A stretch of 63,747 bases of DNA, filler included, from Octopus bimaculoides (lineage: Eukaryota), in NCBI RefSeq assembly GCF_001194135.2. It is 6 parts of 6 records of this genome, joined end to end, with 100 filler letters (N's around TTAATTAATTAA, not from the genome) between each part and the next. Parts side by side here need not be neighbours in the genome. Positions count along the whole stretch, not along the records: positions 62,677 to 63,747 come from NW_026349087.1; 5 more parts are not named here. One strand, written 5' to 3'. The notes beneath the pieces are model-generated. The model was given only the letters and a program-made list of their open reading frames with translations. It was not told where the DNA came from and did not search any database. Positions 62,577 to 63,747 of the stretch are shown in pieces. Both the position numbers and the translations under genes were made by a program. The first letter of the stretch is position 1. Every line of letters begins with the position of its first letter.

Positions 62577-63747
62577 NNNNNNNNNNNNNNNNNNNNNNNN
62601 NNNNNNNNNNNNNNNNNNNNTTAATTAATTAANNNNNNNNNNNNNNNNNNNNNNNNNNNNNNNNNNNNNNNNNNNNTAGAATAAGTACTAGGCTTACAAA
62701 GAATAAGTTCTGGAGTCAATTTCTTCAACTAACTGTGGTGCTCCAGCATGGCCGCAGTCAAATGATTGAAACAAGCAAAAGAAAACAAAAAGTGAGTAAT
62801 GTTGAATACACATTCACACATATTACGAGACATTGCATAACATACAAAGATTACCATAGATTACATATATACACACACACACACACNNNNNNNNNNCACA
62901 CACACACACACAGATGTGTATGTATGTATATATGTATCCAATTATATATATGTATGTATACATTTATAAGTATATATGTAGACGCATATATCTGCCTATT
63001 CATGTATGTAAAGTGATACAAACACCCACATATGAATGTGTTTATACACTCTCACAAAACTGCACGCGCATGTGTGTGTGTGTGTGTCTGCATACACACT
63101 ACCCTCTTTAGGTCATTTTGGTTATTAAAGGTAAGTCCCAGCTGGGGCACTACATATGGTATTTCATAGATTGTGTTACTTCCATAAAACATTAGGAATT
63201 TTAACATGTAAATCAGACGAAGAATTCGTTGTTGAATTTTGTTGTTTAATGTAGAGAAGGTCATACAAGGAGTGTCTCATACACATCTCATTCACATTAT
63301 GTGTACACACACACAAATGTGTATACAAACATTTTATATACACACATTATATATATATATATATACATACACACACAGAGATTTCATATACATATATATG
63401 CACAAACACACATTTTATATACATGTATCTATAAACTTTTATATACTTATCTACATATATATNNNNNNNNNNNNNNNNNNNNNNNNNNNNNNNNNNNNNN
63501 NNNNNNNNNNNNNNNNNNNNNGGATGTTACTGTTGCTTTTAGCCCCAGGAGGACATCTCCTCCAGCTGTGTATATATATATATACACATACATATAGCCA
63601 TGCACATTATGTGTGTGCGTGTATATACATATATATAAACACACATGCACATAATATACATATACACATTATTCATATATATAATGTATACATATAAACA
63701 TACATACACATACATTATTCATGAATATATAAACACACACACACACA

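Noticed and set aside
26193-62632. Perfect TTAATTAATTAA palindrome recurring five times
   Set aside because: Each copy is centred in a 44 N + 12 + 44 N block, so it is an artificial six-frame-stop scaffold linker and not biological.

Overview
This is AT-rich eukaryotic DNA, saturated with repeats and about one-fifth N gaps. The repeat families, microsatellite load and degenerate C2H2 zinc-finger array fit a coleoid cephalopod (octopus) genome best. That is my inference from recognising the repeats; I could not verify it by search. Five 100-bp spacers (44 N + TTAATTAATTAA + 44 N) show the window is six scaffolds joined end to end, so order and distance across them are uncertain. I find no intact protein-coding gene. 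Nearly all supplied ORFs are gap, microsatellite or SINE artefacts. What is supported: (i) about 7 decayed fragments of RLE-type non-LTR retrotransposons (HERO/R4/CRE-like); (ii) at least 3 Penelope-like element (PLE) remnants (RT and GIY-YIG); (iii) RTE LINEs, including a head-to-head pair; (iv) a full-length dead mariner with TIRs and TA TSDs; (v) MITEs, including a tandem TTAA-MITE triplet; (vi) many tRNA-derived SINEs; (vii) a C2H2 zinc-finger pseudogene. Most interesting: several minimal type-I hammerhead-ribozyme motifs in PLE-like termini (complete catalytic cores at 37196-37299 and 59594-59638, plus decayed and variant copies); long fold-back structures, including a 97%-identical 186-bp inverted duplication around the RTE pair; and a well-formed candidate Pol II promoter with a 37-nt first exon on the minus strand near 54.9 kb.
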